A stretch of 64,000 bases of DNA from Chromatiales bacterium 21-64-14 (GTDB taxonomy: Bacteria > Pseudomonadota > Gammaproteobacteria > 21-64-14), in the NCBI GenBank assembly GCA_002255365.1, contig NCBI01000006.1, positions 18,742 through 82,741 on the forward strand. Direction: 5' to 3'. Below the pieces are notes generated by a model. It ran no database searches. It had not been told where the DNA came from and saw only the letters and a list, made by a program, of their open reading frames with translations. The position numbers were made by a program, and so were the translations under genes. The stretch's first letter is position 1. Every line of letters begins with the position of its first letter. Of this stretch, positions 31,014 through 40,856 are shown piece by piece.

Positions 31014-31493
31014 TCAGGCCTTGGCGATGCTGCGCCGCTGGTTGTGGCCCAGCGGTTTGCCTTTGGGTCCGTACCCGGATCCTCCCGGGAGTTGGCCGCG
31101 CAGGATATCCAGCGCTTGCTGGATCCGTATCCGGCTCATCTCGAGGATCCCGCCGTTGCGCCGATTCCGGTCCCGGCATGCCCGCACCTGGGTCAGTAAC
31201 TCTTCCCACTTTGCGCTGAGGACTCCGTCCGGATCGTTGGCGTGGAGGAATGCCGTCATCCCCGGGTTTCCTGGCGCGTAGCCGGCGGACGCCAAGAGTT
31301 GGAGCCGCCGGCGCTCCCAATCCTCGAGTTGTTCCAGATGCTGTTGTTTGTCGACTGTCAGGGTTTCCACCGTGGTGGGGTCCACCTGCGTGAGGGCGTT
31401 TTGTTCCTGGTCCAGCAACGCGTTCAAGCGGCTGGCCGCTTCCAACTGTTCTTGGAGCAGGCGAGCGAGAGCGCCGTAGATCGCGGAACTCAT
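31014..31493 (-). CDS. flgN: flagellar export chaperone FlgN
   Basis: FlgN-family helical protein (LLDQEQNALTQ...); located after flgM. Confidence 0.65.
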   Translation of the reverse strand: MSSAIYGALARLLQEQLEAASRLNALLDQEQNALTQVDPTTVETLTVDKQQHLEQLEDWERRRLQLLASAGYAPGNPGMTAFLHANDPDGVLSAKWEELLTQVRACRDRNRRNGGILEMSRIRIQQALDILRGQLPGGSGYGPKGKPLGHNQRRSIAKA

Positions 31494-31825
31494 GGTCTAC
31501 CGGGTGCTGGGAGTTGCGCGTCGAGCCGGATCAGCCGGTCGGCGATTCGGGGTGGGTCTGGCACGAAGGTGCCGTTGGCAATGGTTTGGCGGACCGCGCC
31601 CACCCGCTGTGCATCGACGATGGGGACCGAGGCTAAAGCCGCGTGCAGTTGCTGCAGGTGTTCGGCCGCGGCGGTGAGGTGCACCGTATCGGAATTTGTA
31701 GCGGTCCCCTGCTGCGTACCGTGGTTCGTGCCGCGCGCGCCGGGGGTGGCACCGTTGGTCCGACCGCCTTTGTCCACGTGGCCGTGGCCCAGATTCGCCA
31801 AATTGTTGACGTCTTTGATATCCAT
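31490..31825 (-). CDS. flgM: anti-sigma-28 factor FlgM
   Basis: C-terminal VDAQRVGAVRQTIANGTF...IADRLI matches the FlgM sigma-28-binding region; sigma-28 promoter upstream. Confidence 0.65.
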   Translation of the reverse strand: MDIKDVNNLANLGHGHVDKGGRTNGATPGARGTNHGTQQGTATNSDTVHLTAAAEHLQQLHAALASVPIVDAQRVGAVRQTIANGTFVPDPPRIADRLIRLDAQLPAPGRP

Positions 31826-31866
31826 GGTCCTAACTTACCTCCGCCGTAGTACTTTTTGCTGCCCAG

Positions 31867-31897
31867 TATGACGGCCGGGGTGGGGCAAACTTTAAAG
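31867..31897 (-). promoter_or_regulatory. sigma-28 (FliA) promoter upstream of flgM
   Basis: Minus-strand TTTAAAGTTT-N11-GCCGTCAT between the flgA stop and flgM start. Confidence 0.5.
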
Positions 31898-31945
31898 TGT
31901 CTCCCCTCAGGGTTACTTATTGATCCACCAGCAAGTCTGATGGCT

Positions 31946-32650
31946 TCACAGTGGGACCCGGACGACACCCGTGGCCACGACGGTGCCTTCCACCACGCGT
32001 TTGGAAGAGAGGTTGCGTACCTTGATATCCGCGCCGTTGGCGCCGTCCGCCAAGGCTGTGCCGGCCATGCGTACTTCCAAGCCGCCCACTCCTGCCACGA
32101 GGGTGACCTGTTGGCCACGGCGCACGAGGGGCGGAAACGCGAGGGTGTTGGGGGTGAGGGCGGCGCCTGCGGGGATGAGGCGGAGCGCCCGTTTACCCAA
32201 TGCGGTCTTGGGGTTTGTGAGGTATCCGTAGGCCAAGCCGTTCAGGTCGCGGCGCGCCAAGCGGAAGTCGTCGCTGGTCAGTGTGGTGCCCCGGGTGAGG
32301 GCACGTGCCGCTACCAGGACTTTTCCGTATAGGGCGACCTGCGCCGGCACATAGAGGGTCCAGGGGTGCGCTCCGGTGCAGCGGATGCCCACGGCCGTGT
32401 TCCCCAACGCCCTGCCGCCCGGCGGCAGGAAAGTCTGCAGCGCCACGGGACACTTGGGCAACCGCAGCCGCGGGTCGAGGGCGTCCACTTTCACTTGCAG
32501 CTCGCCCACGGTGGATCGGGCATGCTGGGCGCGCAGAAACCGGGCCGCGGCGTCCCGGATACTGGCGGTGGACTGCAGTTCCGCAGCCGGCACCGTCGGT
32601 GCGATGGCCAGTAAGGCGATTGAGAGTGCGACACCGGCGAATCGGATCAC
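31946..32650 (-). CDS. flgA: flagellar basal-body P-ring formation chaperone FlgA
   Basis: Signal peptide; SAF-like C-terminal domain (GQQVTLV...[16 protein letters not shown]). Confidence 0.75.
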   Translation of the reverse strand: MIRFAGVALSIALLAIAPTVPAAELQSTASIRDAAARFLRAQHARSTVGELQVKVDALDPRLRLPKCPVALQTFLPPGGRALGNTAVGIRCTGAHPWTLYVPAQVALYGKVLVAARALTRGTTLTSDDFRLARRDLNGLAYGYLTNPKTALGKRALRLIPAGAALTPNTLAFPPLVRRGQQVTLVAGVGGLEVRMAGTALADGANGADIKVRNLSSKRVVEGTVVATGVVRVPL

Positions 32651-34008
32651 GATGGGGTGTCCTCCGCGGGATTGGCCCGCAGCAGTTGGTGGATGCCACT
32701 GAACACGGTGTCCAGGGCGCTGTCCATCTCACCCATCTGCGCGCGCGCGGCGTCGAGGTTACCGGACGCCAGCCGACCTGCGATCTCCGCACCGCACTCG
32801 TGGAGTTGGCGGTGGGAGGCAACCAAGCCGCGGAATGCCGGATGCACGCCGTAACGCTGTTGGCCCCGATTGGCCAGCCACCGGCCCAGGCGGCATTCCT
32901 GATGGCCCTTGACGCCCTCTGGTGACACGGGCTCGTTTTTACGCAATGCCTCGTCCAGGGTGAGTTTCCACATCAGGTGTCCGCCCTTCACCCCGCACAA
33001 CAGGATCCGGTCGTCTTCAGAGTCGGCAAAGGCGTTGAGCTGGCGCGCGCCGGCCGCCGCGACGATCCGCGCGTGGTCAGCAAGCAAGCCGATCCGGCGG
33101 TTCTCTTCCTCCAGCTCGCTGGTGATCTCGCTCAGGGTGCGTGCCATGCTATGGGAGACCTGCTGCTGGTCGCCGGCGGCCACGGCGATCTGGTGGGCAC
33201 GCTCGGTAACGTCGTTCACCACCGCATGGATATCCGATAACGCTACCACCACGGTTTCCAGGGATTCGCCGCTGGTGGAGAGCCGCTGCAGGCCGGTTTG
33301 CACCGATGCCGTGGCGGTGCGCGACAACTCGTTCATGGTGGCCGTGACGGATTCGATTTCGGTAGTCGCCTGGGCGGTCTTGTCGGCGAGCTGCTTGACC
33401 TCGCCGGCGACTACTGCAAAGCCGCGGCCCGCTTCACCGGCCCGGGCTGCTTCGATAGCGGCGTTCAGGGCCAGGAGGTTGGTTTGGTGAGCGATGTCCT
33501 TGACGATGGCAGTGAGCTTGTCGATCTGCTGGGTGAACCCGGCCAACTGTTCCATGCTGTCGGCCATGGTGCGGACCGCCCCTTCCAGCAGGTCCAGTTC
33601 CCCCACCAGGGTGGAGGCGCAAACGTTGCCTTCCCGGACTTTGCCGCTGCCCTCACCGGCGCGCTCCGCCGTCTGGCCGGCGTGGGTGGAGATGGACTCC
33701 GCCGTCGCGGCCATCTCCTCTACCGCCGCGGCCACCCCGGTCACCTGATCCTTGAGGTCGGCGAGCCCATGATGAAAGGTCCCGGTTCCTTCCATGAGCC
33801 CGGTCGACTGTTCCATGAGTTCCATCCCCTCCCGCGCGATCCGGTAGAGCTTATCGTTCCAGTCCAGCAGGGCGGTGGTGACCGGCTCCAGAGCCGCACC
33901 GGTGGCGCGATGACGCTGTCGAGATTCGGCCACCCGTTGGCGGTCTGCGGCGAGCGCCGCGTTCAGCACTTCGAGGACATGCCGGGTGATGAGCAGGGCT
34001 TGCGTCAC
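32647..34008 (-). CDS. soluble methyl-accepting chemotaxis protein with C-terminal CZB (chemoreceptor zinc-binding) domain
   Basis: MCP signalling tip [34 protein letters not shown]; no TM segments; C-terminal CZB motif [11 protein letters not shown] with flanking His; 4-nt overlap with flgA. Confidence 0.75.
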   Translation of the reverse strand: MTQALLITRHVLEVLNAALAADRQRVAESRQRHRATGAALEPVTTALLDWNDKLYRIAREGMELMEQSTGLMEGTGTFHHGLADLKDQVTGVAAAVEEMAATAESISTHAGQTAERAGEGSGKVREGNVCASTLVGELDLLEGAVRTMADSMEQLAGFTQQIDKLTAIVKDIAHQTNLLALNAAIEAARAGEAGRGFAVVAGEVKQLADKTAQATTEIESVTATMNELSRTATASVQTGLQRLSTSGESLETVVVALSDIHAVVNDVTERAHQIAVAAGDQQQVSHSMARTLSEITSELEEENRRIGLLADHARIVAAAGARQLNAFADSEDDRILLCGVKGGHLMWKLTLDEALRKNEPVSPEGVKGHQECRLGRWLANRGQQRYGVHPAFRGLVASHRQLHECGAEIAGRLASGNLDAARAQMGEMDSALDTVFSGIHQLLRANPAEDTPS

Positions 34009-34145
34009 GGTGTCTCCTTGGGCCAGAACGGTCGCGGTTTGGACGCCGCTCAGATTCGGGGTTCTGGGCTTTCAGCGGCGCCGAATCACCCGACCTTTAA
34101 TCAAGGTTGAGTAAATGCATATTCCATGCCGTCACGGCGTACCAG

Positions 34146-34172
34146 TAAAGGAATTAAAGACCGCGCCGATAC
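34146..34172 (+). promoter_or_regulatory. sigma-28 (FliA) promoter upstream of cheV-cheR
   Basis: TAAAGGAA-N11-GCCGATAC, near-perfect to TAAAGTTT-N11-GCCGATAA, ~30 nt upstream of cheV. Confidence 0.55.
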
Positions 34173-34201
34173 CGGTGGTGGGCCAGAATAGGAGGTGAAG
34201 G

Positions 34202-35149
34202 GTGGCGAGCATCCTGGATAGCGTCGACCAGCGGACCCAACTCGCGGGGCGCAACCGGCTCGAACTGCTGTTGTTCCGCTTAGGCGGCAAACAGCGATTC
34301 GGAATCAACGTGTTCAAGGTTCAGGAGGTGTTGCCCTGTCCGGTGATGACCCGTTTGCCGAAGTCCCATCCGGTGGTCAGCGGTGTGGCTCATGTACGCG
34401 GCAGGACCTTTCCGGTATTGGACCTGGCTCTCGCCATCGGCGCCGGCCCGTTGACGACGACGGAGCCCCGCTTCGTCGTGATAACGGAATACAACCGGTC
34501 GGTACAGGGTTTTCTGGTCAGTGCTGTGGACCGCATCGTCAATCTGCGCTGGGAAGACGTACGGCCGCCACCGCGCGGGGCCGGTGGGGAGGCGAGCTTC
34601 CTGACGGCGGTGACCCAGGTGGATGAGGATCTGGTCGAGATCATCGACGTGGAGCGGGTGTTGACCGACGTGGTTGGTGTGCCGGCTCCGGTTTCCGCCC
34701 TGATGGCAGAGGCGCCCCGGGACGTGGCGGTGACCCAGGCCCATGTGCTGGCCGTGGACGATTCCCTCGTGGCGCGTCGGCAGATTCGTCGCACGCTGGA
34801 GCAGATCGGCGTAGAATGCACCCTCGCTGATAACGGTCGGCTCGCGCTCGAACTGCTCCGCGGGTGGGCGGATGCGCAGGACCCGCGTTTCCAGCGTACG
34901 GTGATGGTGGTGTCCGACATCGAGATGCCGGAGATGGACGGGTATACCCTGACAACGGAATTGCGTAGCGATCCGCGCCTGCAGCATCTTTACGTGCTGC
35001 TCCATACTTCTCTGAGTGGTGTATTCAACAGCGCCATGGTGGAGAAGGTGGGTGCCAACCGCTTCCTGGCCAAATTCCAACCCGACGAATTGGCTGACGT
35101 AGTGTTGAACCGGATTCATGACGCCAGTGCCCGGGACTCCGCCGCCTGA
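34202..35149 (+). CDS. cheV: chemotaxis protein CheV (CheW-like + receiver domain)
   Basis: CheW-like N-terminal domain; C-terminal receiver (LAVDDS...VSDIEMPEMDG). Confidence 0.85.
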   Translation: MASILDSVDQRTQLAGRNRLELLLFRLGGKQRFGINVFKVQEVLPCPVMTRLPKSHPVVSGVAHVRGRTFPVLDLALAIGAGPLTTTEPRFVVITEYNRSVQGFLVSAVDRIVNLRWEDVRPPPRGAGGEASFLTAVTQVDEDLVEIIDVERVLTDVVGVPAPVSALMAEAPRDVAVTQAHVLAVDDSLVARRQIRRTLEQIGVECTLADNGRLALELLRGWADAQDPRFQRTVMVVSDIEMPEMDGYTLTTELRSDPRLQHLYVLLHTSLSGVFNSAMVEKVGANRFLAKFQPDELADVVLNRIHDASARDSAA

Positions 35150-35261
35150 TCCCGACGACCGCGGAACCTGATCGCGGTCACCGCGGTGCGTGGCGGCCCC
35201 CCGGCGCCGTAGCGCGGCCGCCGCGCTTGGATACCCCGTCGCAGCGTGACGTCTACCCTCG

Positions 35262-36176
35262 ATGGAAAGCGGTCCCAGCCACGATAATAGGCACGCAACA
35301 GGCTTCGTGTCAGGGATCGAAGACTTGAACGATACCGGCCTCACCGAGACGGAATACGAGGACTTCCGAGCGTTTCTGGAGGAATCCTGCGGCATCGCGC
35401 TGGGAGACCAAAAGCAATATCTGTTGACCACGCGCCTGCGGCCGTTGCTGGAGGAGTTCCGGTACGGATCCGTGGGCGAGTTGCTGGGGCATTTGCGCAA
35501 GGGGCTCGGGCTTGGGCTGCGGGAGCGGGTGGTCGATGCCATGACCACCAACGAGACCTACTGGTTCCGGGACGGACATCCCTATGAGATCCTCGCCAAT
35601 ACCATTCTGCCGGAGCTGGACAAGCGTCCCGGCGTGATGCCGCGGCTCTGGTCTGCCGCTTGTTCGTCGGGCCAGGAGCCCTATTCCATCAGTATCGTGA
35701 TTCAGGAGTACCTGCGCGCCCGTCCCGGCGCATTTCCATCCGGGGTGCAGGTGGTCGGGACGGATATTTCTCCCACCATGCTCAAGAAGGCCCGTTCCGG
35801 GCTCTACCATGAGAGCGACCTTGCCCGGGGATTACCGGCCGAGCAGCGTGACCGGTATTTCAAGCGCCGGGGATTCGGCTCGGAGATCAATCCGGAGATC
35901 CGGGCGCGGGTCCGGTTCATGGACCTGAACCTGCTCAAGCCCTATACCCTCATGGGCAATTTCGACGTGATCTTCTGTCGCAACGTGTTGATCTATTTCT
36001 CGGCGCAGTCCCGCCGTGACATCCTGGAACGCATGATCCGGGTGCTGAATCCCGGGGGCTACATGGTCATGGGCGCGTCTGAATCCCTGGCCAACCATGC
36101 CTCATCGTTTCAGATGGTGCGCGTCGGCGGGGGTATCGTCTACCGGCTGAAGGACCCGTCCCGTCCCCTGCGCTGA
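35262..36176 (+). CDS. cheR: chemotaxis protein methyltransferase CheR
   Basis: CheR N-terminal helical domain plus SAM-binding domain (RLWSAACSSGQEPYSI, FCRNVLIYF). Confidence 0.8.
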   Translation: MESGPSHDNRHATGFVSGIEDLNDTGLTETEYEDFRAFLEESCGIALGDQKQYLLTTRLRPLLEEFRYGSVGELLGHLRKGLGLGLRERVVDAMTTNETYWFRDGHPYEILANTILPELDKRPGVMPRLWSAACSSGQEPYSISIVIQEYLRARPGAFPSGVQVVGTDISPTMLKKARSGLYHESDLARGLPAEQRDRYFKRRGFGSEINPEIRARVRFMDLNLLKPYTLMGNFDVIFCRNVLIYFSAQSRRDILERMIRVLNPGGYMVMGASESLANHASSFQMVRVGGGIVYRLKDPSRPLR

Positions 36177-36298
36177 AGGTCCGCGGGGTCCGTGAGCTTC
36201 CAAGCATTGCCGCCTAGCGGCCTGGGTTTGCCGCCTGGACCTCGCTTGTCTCTTCCTCCATCCCACTGAAACCCTTTCGATTCAATCGCCTGTCAAGT

Positions 36299-36314
36299 TG
36301 GCACGGGCATTGCT
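36299..36314 (+). promoter_or_regulatory. sigma-54 promoter upstream of flgB (TGGCAC-N5-TTGCT)
   Basis: Exact -24/-12 consensus TTGGCACGGGCATTGCTT ~30 nt upstream of the flgB ATG. Confidence 0.6.
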
Positions 36315-36344
36315 TTATTTGAGCTGAAGGGAATGGAGGGTGTC

Positions 36345-36764
36345 ATGGCGTTCAGTCTAGATCAGGTGTTCGGCATTCATGCCCAGGCGCTGCTGCTGCG
36401 GGGCAAACGCGCGGAGATCCTGGCGTCCAACCTCGCCAATGCAGACACGCCCAACTACAAGGCGCGGGATATCGACTTCAAGGCGCTCCTTGAACAGGCG
36501 CAGGGAATGAGCGGGTCGGCCGGATCACAGCCGCCCATGGCGCTTACGGTCACCCACGCCGATCAGATTCAGCCCTCGGCGACGGGATTCGGTGGCGTAT
36601 CGCTGCTCTACCGGGTGCCCACCCAGCCTTCCCTGGACGGGAATACCGTGAACACCCAGCAGGAAGAGGCCGAGTTCTCGCGCAACGCGGTTCAGTATCA
36701 GGCGAGTCTCACATTCCTGACCGGCGGGATCAAGACGATCATGACCGCCATTATGGGAACTTAA
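36345..36764 (+). CDS. flgB: flagellar basal-body rod protein FlgB
   Basis: N-terminal rod motif LANADTPNYKARDIDF; GGAGGG RBS before ATG 36345. Confidence 0.85.
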   Translation: MAFSLDQVFGIHAQALLLRGKRAEILASNLANADTPNYKARDIDFKALLEQAQGMSGSAGSQPPMALTVTHADQIQPSATGFGGVSLLYRVPTQPSLDGNTVNTQQEEAEFSRNAVQYQASLTFLTGGIKTIMTAIMGT

Positions 36765-36767
36765 GCC

Positions 36768-37178
36768 ATGTCCTTACTCAACGTCTTCAATGTGGCCGGT
36801 TCCGCAATGAGCGCGCAGTCTGTGCGCCTCAACGTGGTGGCCAGCAACCTTGCCAACGCCGACAGCGCCGCCAGCAGCACGGGTCAGACGTATCGTGCGC
36901 GGATGCCGGTGTTTTCGGCGGTCTACAGTCCCGACGGAGATGGGTCCGCGGTTGGGGTACGGGTGGCCGGCATCGTGCAGAGCCAAGCGCCGCTGCGCAG
37001 CCGCTACTCTCCGGGCAATCCCCTGGCGGACAAGAACGGCTATATCCACCTGCCGAACGTCAACACCATCGAGCAGATGGCGGATATGATCTCGGCATCA
37101 CGCACCTACCAGGACAACGTGCAGGTGCTCAACACCTCCAAGCAGCTTTTATTGAACACCTTGCGCTTGGGGCAGTGA
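36768..37178 (+). CDS. flgC: flagellar basal-body rod protein FlgC
   Basis: SNLANADS...YQDNVQVLNTSKQLLL is the FlgC signature. Confidence 0.9.
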   Translation: MSLLNVFNVAGSAMSAQSVRLNVVASNLANADSAASSTGQTYRARMPVFSAVYSPDGDGSAVGVRVAGIVQSQAPLRSRYSPGNPLADKNGYIHLPNVNTIEQMADMISASRTYQDNVQVLNTSKQLLLNTLRLGQ

Positions 37179-37207
37179 GTTTACACTGGGCCTGAAGGAG
37201 TTTCGAA

Positions 37208-37888
37208 ATGACATCCGCCATCAACACCGCAACCTTGCAGCAACTGGGCCTGCTTCAGACCCCGCCGCCCGCGGCGAGCAGCAACTCGGCGCAACTGGGG
37301 CAGAGCGCTTTTCTAACGCTCATGACTACTCAGCTGCAGAATCAGGATCCGTTGCAGCCCATGGACAATAGCCAGTTTCTGAGTCAGATGGCCCAGTTCG
37401 GGACGGTATCCGGGATACAGGGCCTGCAGACGTCGCTCACGCAGCTGTCCAATACCTTGTCCTCGAGCCAGGCCCTGCAGGCGTCGAGCCTAGTCGGGCG
37501 CACGGCGCTGGTTCCCCAGAACACGGGCCTGTTATCGACCGGCGGCGTACTGCAGGGGGCCGTCACGATGCCGGCCGGCGCGACCGGCGGAACCGTGAAG
37601 ATCTACGACATGAGTGGGCAACTGGTACGCAGTATGAGCCTCGACACCCCGGTGGGCGGGTTCGCGAATTTCCAGTGGAACGGTATTGAGGATAACGGCA
37701 GTCAGGCCCCGGCTGGCCAGTATCAGGTTCAAACCGCGGCGAATATTGGCGGGACGTCGACGGCGCTACAGACCCTCATCGCCGCGCCGGTGGACAGCGT
37801 CATTCTGGGTAGCAGTGGCAGCGGCTTGACCCTGAATCTGGGAGGGATCGGTCCAGTCGCATTGTCGGACGTTCAGCAGATCATGTGA
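37208..37888 (+). CDS. flgD: flagellar hook capping/assembly protein FlgD
   Basis: FLTLMTTQLQNQDPLQPMDNSQFLSQMAQF N-terminal FlgD motif. Confidence 0.85.
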   Translation: MTSAINTATLQQLGLLQTPPPAASSNSAQLGQSAFLTLMTTQLQNQDPLQPMDNSQFLSQMAQFGTVSGIQGLQTSLTQLSNTLSSSQALQASSLVGRTALVPQNTGLLSTGGVLQGAVTMPAGATGGTVKIYDMSGQLVRSMSLDTPVGGFANFQWNGIEDNGSQAPAGQYQVQTAANIGGTSTALQTLIAAPVDSVILGSSGSGLTLNLGGIGPVALSDVQQIM

Positions 37889-37911
37889 TCAACCTGTAGA
37901 GGTAAGCGATC

Positions 37912-39132
37912 ATGGCATTCGGGATAGCATTGAGCGGGTTGGACGCGGCATCGTCCGATCTGAACACCATCGGCAATAACATCGCCAATGCCGGTACCGT
38001 CGGCTTCAAGGGTTCGCGCGCCGAATTCGGTGATGTTTACGCGGTTAGTGCACAGGGGATCAGTTCCACGGCCATCGGTAGCGGCGTGCGTCTGCAGAAG
38101 GTCGCCCAGCAGTTCGATCAGGGTAATATCCAGTCCACTGGCAAGAATCTGGATCTGGCGATCAGTGGACAGGGTTTCTTTACCGTCAGCAACAATGGAA
38201 GTTTGGCCTATACCCGCGCGGGTAGCTTCAGCGTGGATAATAATGGCTACGTGGTCGACCCCGCTGGGGATCATTTGCAGGTGTTCCCTCCTGGGAGCCT
38301 CCCCGGGACCTTCAACACCGGGACCCTGAGCGATCTGCAGCTGGCCAATACACTTGGCACCCCGAAGGCGACCGCCAACGTGAGCCTCGGCCTGAATCTG
38401 CCCGCGGGCGCGACACCGCCGACCACGACGCCTTTCAGTCCGACCAACCCCAGTACCTATAACCAAGCCACGTCCATCACCATGTACGATTCGCTGGGCA
38501 CCGCACACACGGCGAGTACCTACTATGTGAAGACGTCGACGCCAAATCAGTGGCAAGCCTATCTCTACATCGACGGCAATCAGTTGACCAGTGGCGGAAG
38601 CCCCGCGACGACCCTGCAGTTCAACAGCAGCGGCCAGTTGACCAGTCCGGCGAGTGGAAAGATTGCCTACAGTACTGATCCGACCACCGGGATCACTCCG
38701 ACCCTGGACTATTCCAACACGACCCAGTTTGGTGCCGGATTCGCGGTGAATTCGCTGACCCAGGACGGTTACGCAGCCGGCCGGCTGAGTGGCATCAATA
38801 TCGACAGCACCGGAGTGGTACAGGCCCAATTCACCAACGGGCAGTCTCAGAATCTGGGTCAGCTGGCCCTGGCCAACTTCGCCAACCCCGAGGGTCTGCA
38901 GCAGCTCGGGAACACCAGTTGGGCGGAAACCTTCGCTTCTGGGTCCCGTCTACTGGGGCAAGCCGGCACCGCGAGCTTCGGTAACGTCCAGTCCGGCGCG
39001 CTGGAGAGCTCCAATGTCGACATTACCAAGGAGCTGGTAAACATGATCATCGCACAACGTAACTTCCAGGCGAACGCCAAGGTGATTACCACCGCGGATA
39101 CCCTCACCCAGACCATCATCAATATGCGTTAA
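37912..39132 (+). CDS. flgE: flagellar hook protein FlgE
   Basis: Conserved hook-protein termini (MAFGIALSGL...NIANAGTVGFK; C-term QRNFQANAKVITTADTLTQTIINM). Confidence 0.9.
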   Translation: MAFGIALSGLDAASSDLNTIGNNIANAGTVGFKGSRAEFGDVYAVSAQGISSTAIGSGVRLQKVAQQFDQGNIQSTGKNLDLAISGQGFFTVSNNGSLAYTRAGSFSVDNNGYVVDPAGDHLQVFPPGSLPGTFNTGTLSDLQLANTLGTPKATANVSLGLNLPAGATPPTTTPFSPTNPSTYNQATSITMYDSLGTAHTASTYYVKTSTPNQWQAYLYIDGNQLTSGGSPATTLQFNSSGQLTSPASGKIAYSTDPTTGITPTLDYSNTTQFGAGFAVNSLTQDGYAAGRLSGINIDSTGVVQAQFTNGQSQNLGQLALANFANPEGLQQLGNTSWAETFASGSRLLGQAGTASFGNVQSGALESSNVDITKELVNMIIAQRNFQANAKVITTADTLTQTIINMR

Positions 39133-39171
39133 CGATGATCTTGGAACGCAAGCAGGCATAAGAGAGTTTCC

Positions 39172-39912
39172 ATGGACCGTGTACTCTATATCGCGATGTC
39201 CGGTGCCCAGCAGACGATGCTGGCGCAAGCGGCGAACAGCCAGAATCTGGCTAACGCTAATACGACCGGCTTCCGTTCCGAGTTGTCCGCGTTCCGCAGT
39301 CAACCGGTTTTCGGGCCAGGCTATCCGAGCCGTGTGTATGCGATGGCGGAGAGTCCGGGGGTGAATTATTCCAGCGGCACTCTCGAGTCCACGGGCCGTA
39401 CCCTCGATGTCGCCGTGAGCGGTCCCGGTTGGATCGCGGTGCAGGCACCGGACGGTTCCGAGGCCTATACGCGGGCCGGCGACCTGCGCATCACCACGGC
39501 TGGGATCTTGGAGACAAGCACCGGCTTTCCGGTGTTGGGCAACGGGGGGCCGCTTGCGGTGCCGCCTCACCAGAAGCTGGCGATCGGACGTGATGGGACG
39601 GTGTCGGTGGTTCCCCTGGGGCAGCAGCCGAATACGTTGGCGGTAGTCGACCGGATCAAGTTGGTGAATCCCTCCCCGTCCGATCTGCAACGTAGCGCCG
39701 ATGGCCTGTTCGTGAGTCGTAGCGGGAAGCCGGTTCCGCCGGACGCAAACGTACAACTGATATCCGGCGCCCTGGAGACGAGCAACGTCAACCCGGTGAA
39801 CGCCATGGTCAATATGATCGAGTTGGCACAGGCATATGAGATGCAGGTGAAGGTAATGAGTACGGCACGTCAGAACGACGCAGCCACGACGCAGCTGATG
39901 GTGATCCAGTAG
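39172..39912 (+). CDS. flgF: flagellar basal-body rod protein FlgF
   Basis: [12 protein letters not shown]...[10 protein letters not shown]; C-terminal rod motif. Confidence 0.85.
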   Translation: MDRVLYIAMSGAQQTMLAQAANSQNLANANTTGFRSELSAFRSQPVFGPGYPSRVYAMAESPGVNYSSGTLESTGRTLDVAVSGPGWIAVQAPDGSEAYTRAGDLRITTAGILETSTGFPVLGNGGPLAVPPHQKLAIGRDGTVSVVPLGQQPNTLAVVDRIKLVNPSPSDLQRSADGLFVSRSGKPVPPDANVQLISGALETSNVNPVNAMVNMIELAQAYEMQVKVMSTARQNDAATTQLMVIQ

Positions 39913-39958
39913 ACTAGCGCGCCGCGGGATTAGACAGAGCGATTTCAGGAGAGATGCG

Positions 39959-40744
39959 ATGACCCCAGCATTGTGGGTGGCGAAGACCGGGCTCGACGCG
40001 CAGCAGACGCGCATGACGGTGATTGCGAACAACTTGGCGAATGCCAATACCATGGGTTATAAGCAGACCCGAGCCGTATTCGAGGACTTGTTGTATCAGA
40101 ACGTGCGCCAAGTCGGTGGGCAGACCTCCCAGAATACGCAGCTGCCGTCCGGGTTGATGCTGGGAACTGGCGTCCGGCCGGTAGCTACCGAGAAGCTCTT
40201 CACTCAGGGCAACTTGGTACAGACCGGAAACCCGCTGGATCTGGCGATTCAGGGGCGGGGCTTTTTCCAGGTACTCCTGCCGGATGGGACTACGGCGTAT
40301 TCGCGCGACGGTACCTTCCAGGTGAACTCCCAGGGCGAATTGGTTACCTCCAGCGGGTATACGGTGCAGCCGTCGATCACGATCCCCAGCAACGCCCAGA
40401 GCGTCACCATCGGGACCGACGGCACGGTGAGTGTAAGCCTGCCCGGGCAGGCGAGCCCCTCGCAGCTCGGGTCATTGCAACTCGCGGATTTCGTCAACCC
40501 GGCGGGCCTGCAGCCCATGGGGGACAACCTGTACCTGGAGTCGGCGGCCAGTGGCACCGCGCAGAGTGGGAACCCCGGGTTATCCGGCCTCGGGACTGTG
40601 GTACAGGGCTCTCTGGAGAGTTCCAACGTGAACGTTGTGCAAGAGCTGGTGGACATGATCGAGACGCAACGCGCCTATGAGATGAACTCCAAGGCGATCT
40701 CCACCACGAACCAGATGTTGCAGTTCGCCAGTACCAACCTTTAA
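39959..40744 (+). CDS. flgG: flagellar distal rod protein FlgG
   Basis: [31 protein letters not shown]; C-terminal [23 protein letters not shown]. Confidence 0.9.
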   Translation: MTPALWVAKTGLDAQQTRMTVIANNLANANTMGYKQTRAVFEDLLYQNVRQVGGQTSQNTQLPSGLMLGTGVRPVATEKLFTQGNLVQTGNPLDLAIQGRGFFQVLLPDGTTAYSRDGTFQVNSQGELVTSSGYTVQPSITIPSNAQSVTIGTDGTVSVSLPGQASPSQLGSLQLADFVNPAGLQPMGDNLYLESAASGTAQSGNPGLSGLGTVVQGSLESSNVNVVQELVDMIETQRAYEMNSKAISTTNQMLQFASTNL

Positions 40745-40856
40745 GGCGGTAGTCGGCAGGGAGCTGGCACTAGGGGTTTGCAGGACGCAATTGGTGGTCA
40801 AGGATGACCCCCTTTCTTTGGTTAGATGCTGCCATCGCGACAAACAGGGAACTGGA

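Noticed and set aside
34009-34140. Possible minus-strand sigma-28 promoter for the MCP-CZB/flgA operon (TAAAGGTC-N12-GCCGCTGA)
   Set aside because: -10 element too degenerate and spacing off; left uncalled
37873-40053. Long minus-strand ORFs (318 and 367 aa) across flgE-flgF-flgG
   Set aside because: Antisense to well-conserved rod/hook genes; Arg/His-rich, no domains
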